DNA of 64,000 nucleotides from Planctomycetota bacterium. GTDB lineage: Bacteria > Planctomycetota > UBA1135 > GCA-002686595. The notes under the pieces are model-generated. The model searched no databases, was not told the origin of the DNA, and was given only the letters and a program-made list of their open reading frames with translations. Location: assembly GCA_029259635.1 (NCBI GenBank), contig JAJDEU010000009.1, forward strand, positions 1 through 64,000, read 5' to 3'. The translations under genes and the position numbers were made by a program. Below, in pieces: positions 1 through 9,646 of the stretch (positions are counted from its first letter, which is position 1; every line of letters starts with the position of its first letter).

Positions 1-77
1 CTAAACCCCAACTCGGTACATAAACACCCTTTGGGACCCCCCACCCAATGGCATGGAGCCTTTGGTCCGGGGCTCCA

Positions 78-124
78 AAAGTTTAGATCTGAACCGAGTT
101 CGGTATTACACCTTCACGGATTAG
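78..124. repeat. REP-like repeat copy (aaagtttagatctgaaccgRgttcggtattacaccttcacgg); abuts/overlaps the TAA stop of the 121..1737 gene
   Basis: 42/43-nt identity to the arms of the 6029..6161 palindrome. Contains the small internal hairpin gaacc-nnn-ggttc. Confidence 0.7.
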
Positions 125-1737
125 TCCTTGCGAGCGAAGATGGTCAGGTGACCAGCGCGACTCCAGAAATCGGAGTCGGGATGGGAGAACTTTTCGGCGA
201 TGCGATAATACTTGTGAAAGAAGCGCTGCTGCCCTTCGTTTTCGAATAGCGAACCGCCGAACCAATTCTCGTTCGTCTCCACCTCGAAGGATCGAAGCAC
301 TAAGAAGTCGGGTTTCAACTGGGCGAGGATTTGCTGGAAAGCGACGCTCCTATTCGGATTCTCCGAGTTGATTCGAACGACTTCGGGACTGATCAATCCG
401 GCCAAGTCGATGATTCGGCGCTGCGCGTGCGTACCCTGGTAGCCGATCGCTTCCATGGCGACGGAAGCGTTCTTCGGGCTGTTCGATTCGAGCCAAGTTC
501 CGACGCGAGTGCGCAGGTTGTCTTCAAGCTCTTGATAGCGCCCGTGGTTCAGCGAGACGGAATAGTGACCTTCGACGGAGTTGAACCCCACCAGCCCCAG
601 CATGGCGGTGAGAGAAATCGCAAACGCGGTCCGCTTTATCGTCCCCAGACCTTCCCGATGGACGCTCGCGAACAGGGATTCGAAACCGAGCCCCACAACG
701 ACCATGCAGCACCACAGTGGCGGCGTTAAATACCAACCGAAATTGCGCGGGGCGTTTCCGATCCAGTAGGCCACTAAGAGCAGCAACGGAAACAAGACGA
801 GTGCGCCGAGAGTTCGGCGTTCGACGCGTCTCGCAATAGCGAAGATGCCGCAGACGAGCAGGATCACGACCGCCGCCATAATCGCGTGGTACAGATACGC
901 CGCACCGTGAAAGTAGTCCCACTGATAGTTCCGATGTGGACCCAGCACTCCGGCAAACCACCTCAAATGGGCGGCTAAGTTCTCGATGGGAGTAAGTTCG
1001 GCAATGCGTGCGTAGACCACCGTCCCTTTCGCCGCGACGCTGTGAGGGACGGGACTCCCAAAATAGAACGTCGCGAACGCAATCCACGGAAGCAGGATCA
1101 AGATGAACTGCAAGATCCGTGCGAGGACGTTCTCGCGCTCGCGCCACAGGATGAGGAGAAAGATGACGCTCGTCCAAACCACGCCATCGATCCGCGTAAG
1201 AACGAGAAGGGCACACAGCGCGACCGCAACTCGACTCGAGCCCGCCGTAAAGGCGTAGAGGCTTCCCGACATCAAAGCGACGACGAGCATCGTCTCCATG
1301 CCGCCCGTCGCAGAAACAACAATCTCGGGTTGCGTGAGGAGCAGCAGCGAGGTCCCCAGCGCGATGAGGCGAGAGACCTGCATTCGCCGGAGTGTCGCGA
1401 AGGTGAGGAAGCCCGCAAGCTGCCCCAGCAGAGCGCTCAGGATGCTGGAAGCCACCGGTATCGAGGCGGTCCCGAAGACGAAACCCAGTGCGGCGAGAAT
1501 CAGGGTATAGAGCGGAGTAGTCGTACCGAGAACTCGCTCGCCGGGGTTGAACACGAAGCCGTTCCCCAGCGCGATGTTCTCCGCATAGCGGTACGTGATC
1601 AGTGCATCTTCGAGCCGAATCCCCGTGGTCCTCTGGAACAAGAACCACATCACGAGCGAAGGAAGCATCGCAACAAGTGCAAAGCTCACATAGTCCGCTC
1701 GCTTAAGACTGGACTGGCTCTTGAACTCGGACATCAA
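121..1737 (-). CDS. polytopic membrane glycosyltransferase, GT-C fold (ArnT/PMT-like)
   Basis: 538 aa with many TM helices. N-terminal loop 'RLEDALITYRYAENIALGNGFVFNPGE' resembles the ArnT/PMT_2 family. Family assignment is from memory, not a search. Confidence 0.5.
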   Translation of the reverse strand: MMSEFKSQSSLKRADYVSFALVAMLPSLVMWFLFQRTTGIRLEDALITYRYAENIALGNGFVFNPGERVLGTTTPLYTLILAALGFVFGTASIPVASSILSALLGQLAGFLTFATLRRMQVSRLIALGTSLLLLTQPEIVVSATGGMETMLVVALMSGSLYAFTAGSSRVAVALCALLVLTRIDGVVWTSVIFLLILWRERENVLARILQFILILLPWIAFATFYFGSPVPHSVAAKGTVVYARIAELTPIENLAAHLRWFAGVLGPHRNYQWDYFHGAAYLYHAIMAAVVILLVCGIFAIARRVERRTLGALVLFPLLLLVAYWIGNAPRNFGWYLTPPLWCCMVVVGLGFESLFASVHREGLGTIKRTAFAISLTAMLGLVGFNSVEGHYSVSLNHGRYQELEDNLRTRVGTWLESNSPKNASVAMEAIGYQGTHAQRRIIDLAGLISPEVVRINSENPNRSVAFQQILAQLKPDFLVLRSFEVETNENWFGGSLFENEGQQRFFHKYYRIAEKFSHPDSDFWSRAGHLTIFARKD

Positions 1738-2083
1738 AGGTATCGGCTTCTCGGACGCGTCCCAACTCTTCCGAAGGGCGCTCTACACTCGCGCACGCAG
1801 TCCGCGCATTCTAATTGGGCAATCGATGCCCGAGCCCGCCAACTCTCCCGCAAGTGCAAAAATAATGACAGAGCTCGGTCCACTCGTCCATTAAGAGAAA
1901 CTCGTTCCACACACGTTAGAGTGGTGACCGGCTTCTCCTGAATTGGTGAACATCGAGCGCGGCGCTTTTCAGATCTCGCGGGGCGTGACCCCGGAGATCC
2001 GCTCAAGCAAGTCATCCTGGTCCTCCATCGCGAAGCGCTGCCAACTGGGGCTTGCACGCGAGATGGAAGATCAGAGCTGAGAG

Positions 2084-3802
2084 TTAGTCGTGGTCCTTGG
2101 GCTCGGCTTCCGACTCAATGGCAGGCACGACGTCGGCGTCAGCGCTCCCCGCCCCCTCGGCATTGTCCTCGGCGTTGCCCTCGCTCTCGGAATCGCCCTC
2201 GGTATCGCTCGGCGGAGGGACCGGAGTCAACTCGTCCTTCTTGGGATCGGTCATGAGCTTGCCGAAGAACTCAGGCATTTCTACGCCTCCGACATCGCGC
2301 ATGATTTCGAGCATGGGAGGCAGCGCTCCACCGAGTCCCTTGAGGAAGCCAGCCGTTCCGCCACCCCCGCCGGTCGAGTTTCCGCCATCCCAGACCACGA
2401 CTTTGTCGAACTTGATGTTCGAGATAGCGGTCGCTGCGGTTTCCGAGAGCTTGTCGAGATGTTCCAACATCATCAACTGGAAGGCCTGTTGCGAACCGCC
2501 ACATGCGTCCACGATTGCTCGTAGACCTTCGCCCTTCTTCGCGAGTACCTCGTACTGGCCCTTGGCTTCCGCCTCGAGCTTCGCGTAGATCGCAGCCGCC
2601 TCTCCTTCCGCTTCAATGCGCTGCTTCTCGGCTGATGCATGAGCATCGACAATGGTGGTTGCCTTCTCCGCCTTCGCGACAGCTTCGAGCTCAGCACGCT
2701 TTTCGGCTTCGAGCTTCGCGCCCTGAGCCTCGGCGGCTTTCGCTTCCGCAAGATACTGGGCTTCAAGCACGGCAGCTTCCGCGACACGGCGCTTGGTCTC
2801 GCCAATCTGGAATGCCTCGGCTTCCCGAACTTTCAGTTCGGCATTCGAGCCCGCGATCTCCGCCTTCGAATTGTTCTCCCCTGAAACCGCCTGAGCGTTG
2901 GCTTCCGCAACCGACACACGCATATCGCGCTCCGCCTGTCGAACTTGAGCTTCTCGCTCCAAATCGGCTTGCCGCTCTCCGACTAACCGAGCTCGTTCGA
3001 GGTCGGCGACCTGAACGGCCCGATCACGCTGAGCCTCCGTCGTTCCGATATCACGGGTCCGCTCAGCGTTCGCCACTTGCACAGCGCGTTCGCGTCCAGC
3101 TTCAGCAACTCCGATAGCTCCGAGTTTTTCCTGTTGCGCCACATCGATCAACGCCTGTTGGATCGCTTCCGATGCAGCCTTCCGACCAATGGCCTCGATA
3201 TAGCCCGATTCGTCCGTGATGTCCTTGATGTTTACGTTGATCAGAATCAGACCGATCTTACGCAGCTCGGGTTCAAGCGAGTTCTGAACGCTGGAGAGGA
3301 ACACATCCCGGTCGCGATTGATTTCCTCAATCCGCATCGAGGCAATCACCTGACGTAGCTGACCAAAGATGATGTCTTCGGCCTGCTTAATGATCTCGTT
3401 CGCCTTGAGCCCCAGGAGGCGTTGAGACGCATTGCTCATCGACGCGACGTCGGTTCCGATTGCGACGGTGAAGACGCTTGGAACGGCTACGCGAATGTTC
3501 TCGATCGAGAGCGCTCCCTCGAGAGGAATTTCGATCTGCATCGGATCCAGCGACATGTACTCGTAGTCTTCGAGCAATGGCAAGACAAACGTTCCACCGC
3601 CGTGCAGGGTGCGAGCCACCCGACCTTCTTTTGCCCGTCCGTAGACGACAAGAATGCGGTTGCTGGGGCACCGCTTATAGCGTCGGGCAAACGCGATAAA
3701 CAACCCAGCCACGATGGCGACAAGGAAAAATGCCAGTAGCGCCGTCGGCAAACTACCGGAAAGAAACGATTCTTGTATCAGTGCAAGCTCTGAACGGATC
3801 AT
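2084..3802 (-). CDS. flotillin / SPFH (band-7) domain protein, YqiK/FloT-like
   Basis: 572 aa with an N-terminal TM segment, an SPFH core, a long Ala/Glu-rich coiled-coil (EA repeats) and an acidic C-terminal tail. Typical flotillin architecture. Confidence 0.85.
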   Translation of the reverse strand: MIRSELALIQESFLSGSLPTALLAFFLVAIVAGLFIAFARRYKRCPSNRILVVYGRAKEGRVARTLHGGGTFVLPLLEDYEYMSLDPMQIEIPLEGALSIENIRVAVPSVFTVAIGTDVASMSNASQRLLGLKANEIIKQAEDIIFGQLRQVIASMRIEEINRDRDVFLSSVQNSLEPELRKIGLILINVNIKDITDESGYIEAIGRKAASEAIQQALIDVAQQEKLGAIGVAEAGRERAVQVANAERTRDIGTTEAQRDRAVQVADLERARLVGERQADLEREAQVRQAERDMRVSVAEANAQAVSGENNSKAEIAGSNAELKVREAEAFQIGETKRRVAEAAVLEAQYLAEAKAAEAQGAKLEAEKRAELEAVAKAEKATTIVDAHASAEKQRIEAEGEAAAIYAKLEAEAKGQYEVLAKKGEGLRAIVDACGGSQQAFQLMMLEHLDKLSETAATAISNIKFDKVVVWDGGNSTGGGGGTAGFLKGLGGALPPMLEIMRDVGGVEMPEFFGKLMTDPKKDELTPVPPPSDTEGDSESEGNAEDNAEGAGSADADVVPAIESEAEPKDHD

Positions 3803-3815
3803 GGGGAATCTCCTC

Positions 3816-4424
3816 CTAATTCAACGATTCAACTTCGAACGTATCTTCTGTAGTCATGCCGATCAGTCGACAGGCGGCTCCAGTCGGTAATTCTTCGCCG
3901 TCGGTAACGGCATTAAATTCCTGGCTCCGGCCCTGAAGATTGACGGTGACTTTTCCCTGGCCTGTGCGCTTCGCGGGAACTTTCAAGTAAACCTGCGCCG
4001 TGACACCGATGGCATCGCGGGGCTTAACGTTGCCCGATGAAGACAGCTTCCTGAAGCTGAACATCATGTAGGCAACCAGGAACATGGTGGAGCTGCCGGC
4101 AAGCAGCGAGATCACCGGCGTCGCAACACTCCCCCAGCCTTGCTCTGTTCCAATCCAGCCAACGAGTCCGAAGATCGTCATGAAGCTGGCCAAGGTGCGC
4201 ACCGAGAGAAAGGTCATGGACCCGTCACCAGCGTCGAGATCGTCGGCATCGACATCCGCGTCGGTGTCCGCGTCTCCGCCGAGCCCAAACATATTGAGAC
4301 CCGCTTGACCGAGTACGACCGTTCCACCAGCCGTTGCGCAGCCGATATACAACTTAATCAGCGTCAGGTCGCCAATGTTGTCGCGTAGCCAATCCAATAC
4401 GAGGTCCATTCCGGCTCTCCCCAA
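3816..4424 (-). CDS. NfeD/YqiJ-like membrane protein (flotillin partner)
   Basis: 202 aa with central TM helices and a C-terminal OB-fold-like segment. Lies 13 bp upstream of the flotillin gene on the same strand, the canonical yqiJ-yqiK arrangement. Confidence 0.7.
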   Translation of the reverse strand: MGRAGMDLVLDWLRDNIGDLTLIKLYIGCATAGGTVVLGQAGLNMFGLGGDADTDADVDADDLDAGDGSMTFLSVRTLASFMTIFGLVGWIGTEQGWGSVATPVISLLAGSSTMFLVAYMMFSFRKLSSSGNVKPRDAIGVTAQVYLKVPAKRTGQGKVTVNLQGRSQEFNAVTDGEELPTGAACRLIGMTTEDTFEVESLN

Positions 4425-4615
4425 AAAAACGATACCAGCCGGCTCTCAATAGAACCGGCACGAGTAAGGCGACTACAAGAATGCTCGCCGCGAATTCAGT
4501 CCGACTTGGAGATTCTGCGCGTCGAGAGCTACCAGTTCTACTTGAATCTCAAGCTAGGACGGTCTCATCGCCAAATCACGCGAGCCTTACTGGCTCACCG
4601 ACACCCTTGTCGTTC

Positions 4616-5173
4616 TTAAGGGCGCCACTCGCGCTTTAGCAACCCAAACCAGACGGAGTCCTGAATCTCGCCCAGCAAGTGCCAGCGCTCTCGCAGGTAG
4701 CCTTCGCGCTGAAATCCCAGCTTCTCGAACATCGCCACCGAACGCGCATTATTCGGGTCGACGTCCGCTTCTAATCGGTGCAGATCCAACGCGTTGAACG
4801 CGAAGTCGAACAGGAGGCCGAGAGCTTCCGATCCGAAGCCATGCCCCCACGACTTGCTGCCAAGAGCAATTCCGACTTCCGCGCGTTTGTGTGTCGTGTC
4901 GACGTGTTGAAGCGTGCACGTTCCGACAATTCGATCGAGCTCAGTGGAGTGGATGCCCCACTGGAACAACTCGCGCTTCTCGAACAAGCCGTGAATGCGG
5001 TCGATCAACTCTCGCGCTTCGTCGAGGTCCTTGAGCTCTGGAGAGCTCCAGTAACGAATCACTTCGGGATCACCGAAGACCGAAAGGACGCCCGGTGCAT
5101 CGGCGCGCTTCAGCATGCGCAAACAGAGCCTCTCGCCCTCGAGTTCCGGAAGCTCGCTCCCCCATCTATCCAT
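4616..5173 (-). CDS. GNAT family N-acetyltransferase (RimL/RimJ-like)
   Basis: GNAT motifs 'RAEVGIALGSKSWGHGFGSEAL' and 'HRLEADVDPNNARSVAMFEKLGF'. The ORF-track N-terminus (to 5452) overlaps the upstream gene and is junk-like, so the start was trimmed to the internal ATG at 5173, 2 bp after the upstream stop. Confidence 0.75.
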   Translation of the reverse strand: MDRWGSELPELEGERLCLRMLKRADAPGVLSVFGDPEVIRYWSSPELKDLDEARELIDRIHGLFEKRELFQWGIHSTELDRIVGTCTLQHVDTTHKRAEVGIALGSKSWGHGFGSEALGLLFDFAFNALDLHRLEADVDPNNARSVAMFEKLGFQREGYLRERWHLLGEIQDSVWFGLLKREWRP

Positions 5174-5175
5174 CT

Positions 5176-5946
5176 CTAGCAATGACGTCGACGCTGCCCG
5201 CCCGCGCCGTCTGTGGGCTTTTTGCCCTTCGCTTTGTAGTGCGCCACGATCTTCTTGATCTTGTCGTAGGCCACATCGGTCTTGCAGCTGGTCTTGCCTT
5301 GATCGACAAAGACCTCGCCAACTCGCTTCGCGGTGGCCAGCGCTTTCTTCGTCATCGACGATCGCCCACCGATGGCTATCAGCGAGGTATTCATGTTCTG
5401 ACGCACGCGGTTCTTCTCGTCGTGAATCGTCGCTTCGATGATTCCGAGGCACTCGGTCAGTTCCTCGTCGGTGATTCCGCCTTCACTCTCAGGACGATCC
5501 GGTTGCATAGCCAGCATCCCGACCATTCGCCAACCCATCGCCCTCCGGTACTTGTCCTTCAGCTTGCGCCACTTGCGCGAGACCTTCGCGCCGTGATCCG
5601 TGAAAGCCGCAAGCGCCGCAAGCTCATATCCAATCCCGCTGGTGTCGATATCGCGAGCCCAGGCGTCAAGCCCCTTGATCGTCACTTCGTTTTCATCTGC
5701 CTTCCAACACGCAAAGGTCCGCGCGTCGACGTTGCCCGTGGCCCACAGATCCTCGGCCAACTTTTGATCGTTGGGTACGAGTTTGTCGAGCGCCTTCAGG
5801 TTCGCGTAGCTGACCCCGAACATCTCGCCTTTGATCCCGTGATTCCGATAGATCTTGACGGTTTGAGCGGTGCCCATCGACTTGAGCTCTTTCATGACCT
5901 GGCGGCAGGTCCACGCCTTCTTCGCTTGCTTGGTAGCCATCGGCAT
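5176..5946 (-). CDS. DNA alkylation repair enzyme (AlkD/AlkC-like HEAT-repeat protein)
   Basis: 256 aa with helical repeats. Resembles the PF08713 DNA alkylation repair family (from memory). Forms a 2-bp-spaced pair with the GNAT gene. Confidence 0.55.
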   Translation of the reverse strand: MPMATKQAKKAWTCRQVMKELKSMGTAQTVKIYRNHGIKGEMFGVSYANLKALDKLVPNDQKLAEDLWATGNVDARTFACWKADENEVTIKGLDAWARDIDTSGIGYELAALAAFTDHGAKVSRKWRKLKDKYRRAMGWRMVGMLAMQPDRPESEGGITDEELTECLGIIEATIHDEKNRVRQNMNTSLIAIGGRSSMTKKALATAKRVGEVFVDQGKTSCKTDVAYDKIKKIVAHYKAKGKKPTDGAGGQRRRHC

Positions 5947-6028
5947 ATATTAGCCGAAGACGTGTTTTCGCGAGGCGGGGATACCAAACCAGGTTTGTCC
6001 CTAAACAGTAGGCCATCCCCGTCGGGTT

Positions 6029-6161
6029 GGCCGCTAACCGTGAAGGTGTAATACCGAACCCGGTTCAGATCTAAACTTTAGGGCCACAACCGCTCTGCGG
6101 TTGTGGCCCTAAAGTTTAGATCTGAACCGGGTTCGGTATTACACCTTCACGGTTAGCGGCC
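6029..6161. repeat. 133-bp perfect palindrome (65-nt arms, 3-nt centre 'tct') built from two inverted copies of the REP-like repeat
   Basis: Left arm 6029..6093 is the exact reverse complement of right arm 6097..6161. The right arm supplies the last codons and TAA stop of the DEAD-box helicase gene. Confidence 0.9.
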
Positions 6162-7523
6162 TCGACGAGAGCGCGAACGGCCAGGGCCCGAACCTTTGGG
6201 GCGATGAGCCCGACGAGTTCTCGCCGGAGTTTCTAGGGCTTCGGCGACGCCGGCACCCCAGGGAGTCGCAGTGGCGGTTTGGGCAGCCGGCTTAGTCAGG
6301 GTGGATTGCGCACTTGACTTGCCTCCGCCGGCGACGCGTGAACCACGCGCGAAGGACTTCTTCGGGCCGCGCGACTTTGTCGACTTGTGGGTCGACTTCG
6401 AGGACGACTTCGAGTCGAGGATGCCCGACTCCGCAAAGCCCTTCATGAAGCGTCGCGGGATCTCCTCGCCGAGGTTGCGCTCGATCGCTCTCACACCACC
6501 TGCGTCTTCTGAGGTGACGAAGGTGATCGCCTTGCCGCTCAATTCGGATCGACCGGTGCGACCGATGCGATGCGTATAAGCGTCGGGCGTACCCGGCAAA
6601 TCAAAGTTGATCACGTGCGAGACGTTCGCGACATCGATGCCGCGCGCAGCAATATCCGTGGCGACGAGAATGTCATAACGCCCCTCGCGGAAGCCGCCCA
6701 TAGCGCGATCGCGTTGGCCCTGCGACATATTGCCCTGCAGAGCGATGGCACGGTGGCCGTCGCGATCGAGATCGCGAGCGACGCGACGCGCGCGATGCTT
6801 GGTGCGCAGGAAGACGATCGCCGATGTAAAGCTGTCTTCGTGCAGGATCTGCGTGAGCAAATCGAGCTTCTTGGTTTGCGGGACGGGATACAGGAAGTGA
6901 TCGATCGTCGACGCGGGCTTGGAATGATTCAGCTCGACAACGTGCGGGCGATTGAGCAGGCGGTCGGCGAGCCCGCGAATCTCGCGCGGCATCGTCGCGG
7001 AGAACAAGAGGTTCTGCCGCTCTTTCGGAAGCGCGTTGAGGATGCGACGAATGTCGGGCAAGAAGCCCATGTCGAACATGTGGTCGGCTTCGTCGAGAAC
7101 AAGTGTCTCGATGCGCGACAGATCGCACTCGCGCTGCTTGTGCAGGTCGAGCAATCGACCGGGACAAGCGATGAGAATGTCCGGGCGAGCTCGCAGAGCG
7201 CGAACTTGGCGCACTTGGCTCACTCCACCGAAGATCGTCGCGCTCTTGATCGACGTAAACTTGCCGAGCTCTTCAATCTCCGCGTGGATCTGAATCGCGA
7301 GCTCACGCGTCGGCGCGACAATCAAGGCGCGCGGACCCTGGCCGCGATTCGCAATCAAGCGCTCGAGGATCGGCAGCGCAAAGGCCGCCGTCTTCCCCGT
7401 ACCCGTCTGCGCCAAGCCCAAGACATCGCGCCCCGTCATGGCCTCGGGAATCGTCTTGGCTTGAATCGGACGTGGCTGGACGAAGCCCAGCTCGGCCACA
7501 CCGCGCATCAGAGAGTCGCACAA
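6153..7523 (-). CDS. rhlE: DEAD-box ATP-dependent RNA helicase (RhlE/DeaD-like)
   Basis: Motifs 'AQTGTGKT' (Walker A), 'PTRELAIQI', 'DEAD' in 'LVLDEADHMFDMGF', 'SAT', 'HRIGRTGR', and an Arg/Ser/Gly-rich basic C-tail. Confidence 0.85.
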   Translation of the reverse strand: MCDSLMRGVAELGFVQPRPIQAKTIPEAMTGRDVLGLAQTGTGKTAAFALPILERLIANRGQGPRALIVAPTRELAIQIHAEIEELGKFTSIKSATIFGGVSQVRQVRALRARPDILIACPGRLLDLHKQRECDLSRIETLVLDEADHMFDMGFLPDIRRILNALPKERQNLLFSATMPREIRGLADRLLNRPHVVELNHSKPASTIDHFLYPVPQTKKLDLLTQILHEDSFTSAIVFLRTKHRARRVARDLDRDGHRAIALQGNMSQGQRDRAMGGFREGRYDILVATDIAARGIDVANVSHVINFDLPGTPDAYTHRIGRTGRSELSGKAITFVTSEDAGGVRAIERNLGEEIPRRFMKGFAESGILDSKSSSKSTHKSTKSRGPKKSFARGSRVAGGGKSSAQSTLTKPAAQTATATPWGAGVAEALETPARTRRAHRPKGSGPGRSRSRRGR

Positions 7524-8076
7524 GCCGAAGGTGCTAAAGCTCGCCTTGGGGTTGACCGTTTCTACGCTCGCTTGGGGCGCTTGCGTGTCGGCGGGGCGCC
7601 GTCGCTCGCGGCTCTTTTGCTCGGCCTTGGGGTTTCGGCTGGCTGCATAAGTCGCAGCGCCACCCCTGCCATTCTGTTTGCTCGCGTTCGCGCGAGTCTC
7701 ACTTGTTCTGGTTCGGCCGGTCTGCCGGCGCTCGGATTCGTTGCGTCGGTTCGACGCACTCGGGGAAGTTTTGCCCTTTACGGGACGTTGGCCGGAAGCG
7801 TTCTGATTAGAACGGGGCCGTTCAATTCGATTCGAAATAGAGAGTTCTCTTCTGGGTGGCGCGCGCCAATTTTAGGCGCACGGACACCGCGATGCTCGAG
7901 CCCCGTACAACAGAGACAGGGCGAGGCGGTGAAAGGGGCGCGATCCGTTTATTCGGATCCTGCTGTGCGCCGCAGGTGCCTAGTCCCTCCTTTTCGGAGG
8001 ACTGGCGATGTGGGAAGAATCGACTGGTGAGGGGCAAAGCGCAACCCCCAAGATCCACTAGTCTCGGAAATCGGGG

Positions 8077-9141
8077 TTACAGGGCCCTACGACTCTTAAG
8101 AAACTCGTTCATATCCGGCGCGATCGGACAGCTCATCTCAAGTCTGCGCCCGTCATGAGGGTGTGTGACGACCAAGAGGTGATTGTGCAGAGCCTGTCGA
8201 GGCATGCCGAGCTTGGCCGCAGCCTGTTTACTGAGCTCGCCGTTGGCGCTGGCGAGGAAGGCGTCGTCGCTCAGGCCGTAGAGCTTGTCTCCGACGAGCG
8301 GATGCCCGATCGCCTCCATGTGTACGCGAATCTGATGTTGGCGTCCCGTGAAGGGTCGACAAGCGACGAGGGTGCAGTCGGACAAGCGCTCGATCACTCT
8401 CCAATCCGTGCGCGAGGGCATGCCGTCGCTGAGGCACGCCATCTTCAAGCGCACTCGGCTCGCGCGGGCGGACCCGATCGGAAAGTCGATCTTGCCGCCG
8501 TCGGAATCGGGCGATCCCCACACGATCGCCAAATACTCCTTCTCGACCTTGCGATTCTCGAACTGCGCCATGATGTCGCGATGACTCTCCGCGTCTTTGC
8601 CACACAAGAGCAGGCCGCTCGTCTCGCGGTCCAGTCGGTGACAGAGCTTCACAAAACGGCGCGTATCGCCGTAGCGTTCGCGAAACAAGCCGTGCAAGCG
8701 CTGAATCAGAGTGTCGGTCAAGTGACGGCCCGCCGGATGGACGGTCACGCCGGGCGGCTTGTCCACCGCGATAACTTGCTCGTCCTCATAGACGATCTCG
8801 ACGTGCTCTGGCGACGGATGCGGCGGACGCAGGCGTAGCTCTTCGGGAATCTCGATCACGACTTGCGAGCCATGCGAGAGCTTGCGACCGGGCCGGCGCT
8901 CCACGGCAAGCGTCCCCGCTCCGCGCGGATTCGCCGGTGTCGAGGGATCGATCGACACGAAGCCGTCCTGAATCAACTTCTGGATAGACGTGCGCGACCG
9001 CCAACTCAGATGGTGCGAGAGAAAAGTGTCGAGACGGAACGTCGCTTCTTCGGCTGTGAGCTGAAAGTCACAGGCGCGCACCTCAAGCTCGACTTGGTCG
9101 GGCGGTTGCGAGAGGTCGCGGTCTTTGGGAAACAAGCGCAT
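8077..9141 (-). CDS. rluD: RluA-family 23S rRNA pseudouridine synthase (RluD/RluC-like) with N-terminal S4 domain
   Basis: Catalytic motif 'HRLDRETSGLLLCGKD'. S4-like N-terminal region. Confidence 0.85.
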   Translation of the reverse strand: MRLFPKDRDLSQPPDQVELEVRACDFQLTAEEATFRLDTFLSHHLSWRSRTSIQKLIQDGFVSIDPSTPANPRGAGTLAVERRPGRKLSHGSQVVIEIPEELRLRPPHPSPEHVEIVYEDEQVIAVDKPPGVTVHPAGRHLTDTLIQRLHGLFRERYGDTRRFVKLCHRLDRETSGLLLCGKDAESHRDIMAQFENRKVEKEYLAIVWGSPDSDGGKIDFPIGSARASRVRLKMACLSDGMPSRTDWRVIERLSDCTLVACRPFTGRQHQIRVHMEAIGHPLVGDKLYGLSDDAFLASANGELSKQAAAKLGMPRQALHNHLLVVTHPHDGRRLEMSCPIAPDMNEFLKSRRAL

Positions 9142-9325
9142 GGTCGTCGTGAGAGCCCGCTCCCCTCGAAAAGTCGTGAGAGCGAAACCCTGCGGAATTC
9201 ACCTTAACGCGAGACGCCCGCGGCGGGCGCGGGCGACAGAGACAATTGCCTTTGCGACAACTTTCTAAGCGAGACTTCCTCGACCTCCATCGGGAGTGCC
9301 GCGGAATCGCGCGAGGGCGGCTCGA

Positions 9326-9541
9326 CTAGGAGCGCGCGGCGCGGCGACGAGCGCGACGTGCGGACTTGAGAATCGTCCGGATACGTTCGCGGCGTTCGCG
9401 GCGACGGCGGTCGGAGCGCTTCTCGTGCCAGTTGTAGGCCTTCGCGAGGCGGAAAATACCGCCGTAGTTGCACTGCCGCTTGAAGCGACGAAGCGCAGCT
9501 TCGAGTGACTCGTTGGGGCGGACCTGAACCTTGATCGCCAT
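9326..9541 (-). CDS. rpsU: 30S ribosomal protein S21
   Basis: 'MAIKVQVRPNESLEAALRRFKRQCNYGGIFRLAKAYNWHEKRSDRRRRERR...' is a classic S21 sequence. It is embedded in a longer 161-aa ORF-track entry, so the start was trimmed to the internal ATG at 9541. Confidence 0.85.
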   Translation of the reverse strand: MAIKVQVRPNESLEAALRRFKRQCNYGGIFRLAKAYNWHEKRSDRRRRERRERIRTILKSARRARRRAARS

Positions 9542-9646
9542 GCTGGAAAAAGTGGGGAAAGGGTGCTCGGGGGCTGATATCGGGGAAAACCGCTTCCGCT
9601 CTCGTGAGCGAAACGGGCCGAGGAGTATAGGGCGGGATCGAAGCCA

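Noticed and set aside
524-1648. 374-aa minus-strand ORF and 299-aa plus-strand ORF (1042..1941) inside the GT-C gene
   Set aside because: Alternative-frame or antisense shadow ORFs within a membrane-protein gene. Their Arg/Pro/Ser-rich composition shows no domain signal.
5174-5452. N-terminal 93 aa of the ORF-track GNAT entry
   Set aside because: Overlaps the upstream AlkD-like gene. The translation is low-complexity, and an internal ATG at 5173 gives a normal-length GNAT.
5095-6051. 318-aa plus-strand ORF
   Set aside because: Antisense to the AlkD-like and GNAT genes. No motif support.
6570-8030. 486-aa ORF on + strand
   Set aside because: It is fully antisense to the well-supported DEAD-box helicase gene and extends through its leader. 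Its Arg/Ala-rich translation is typical of a high-GC shadow ORF.
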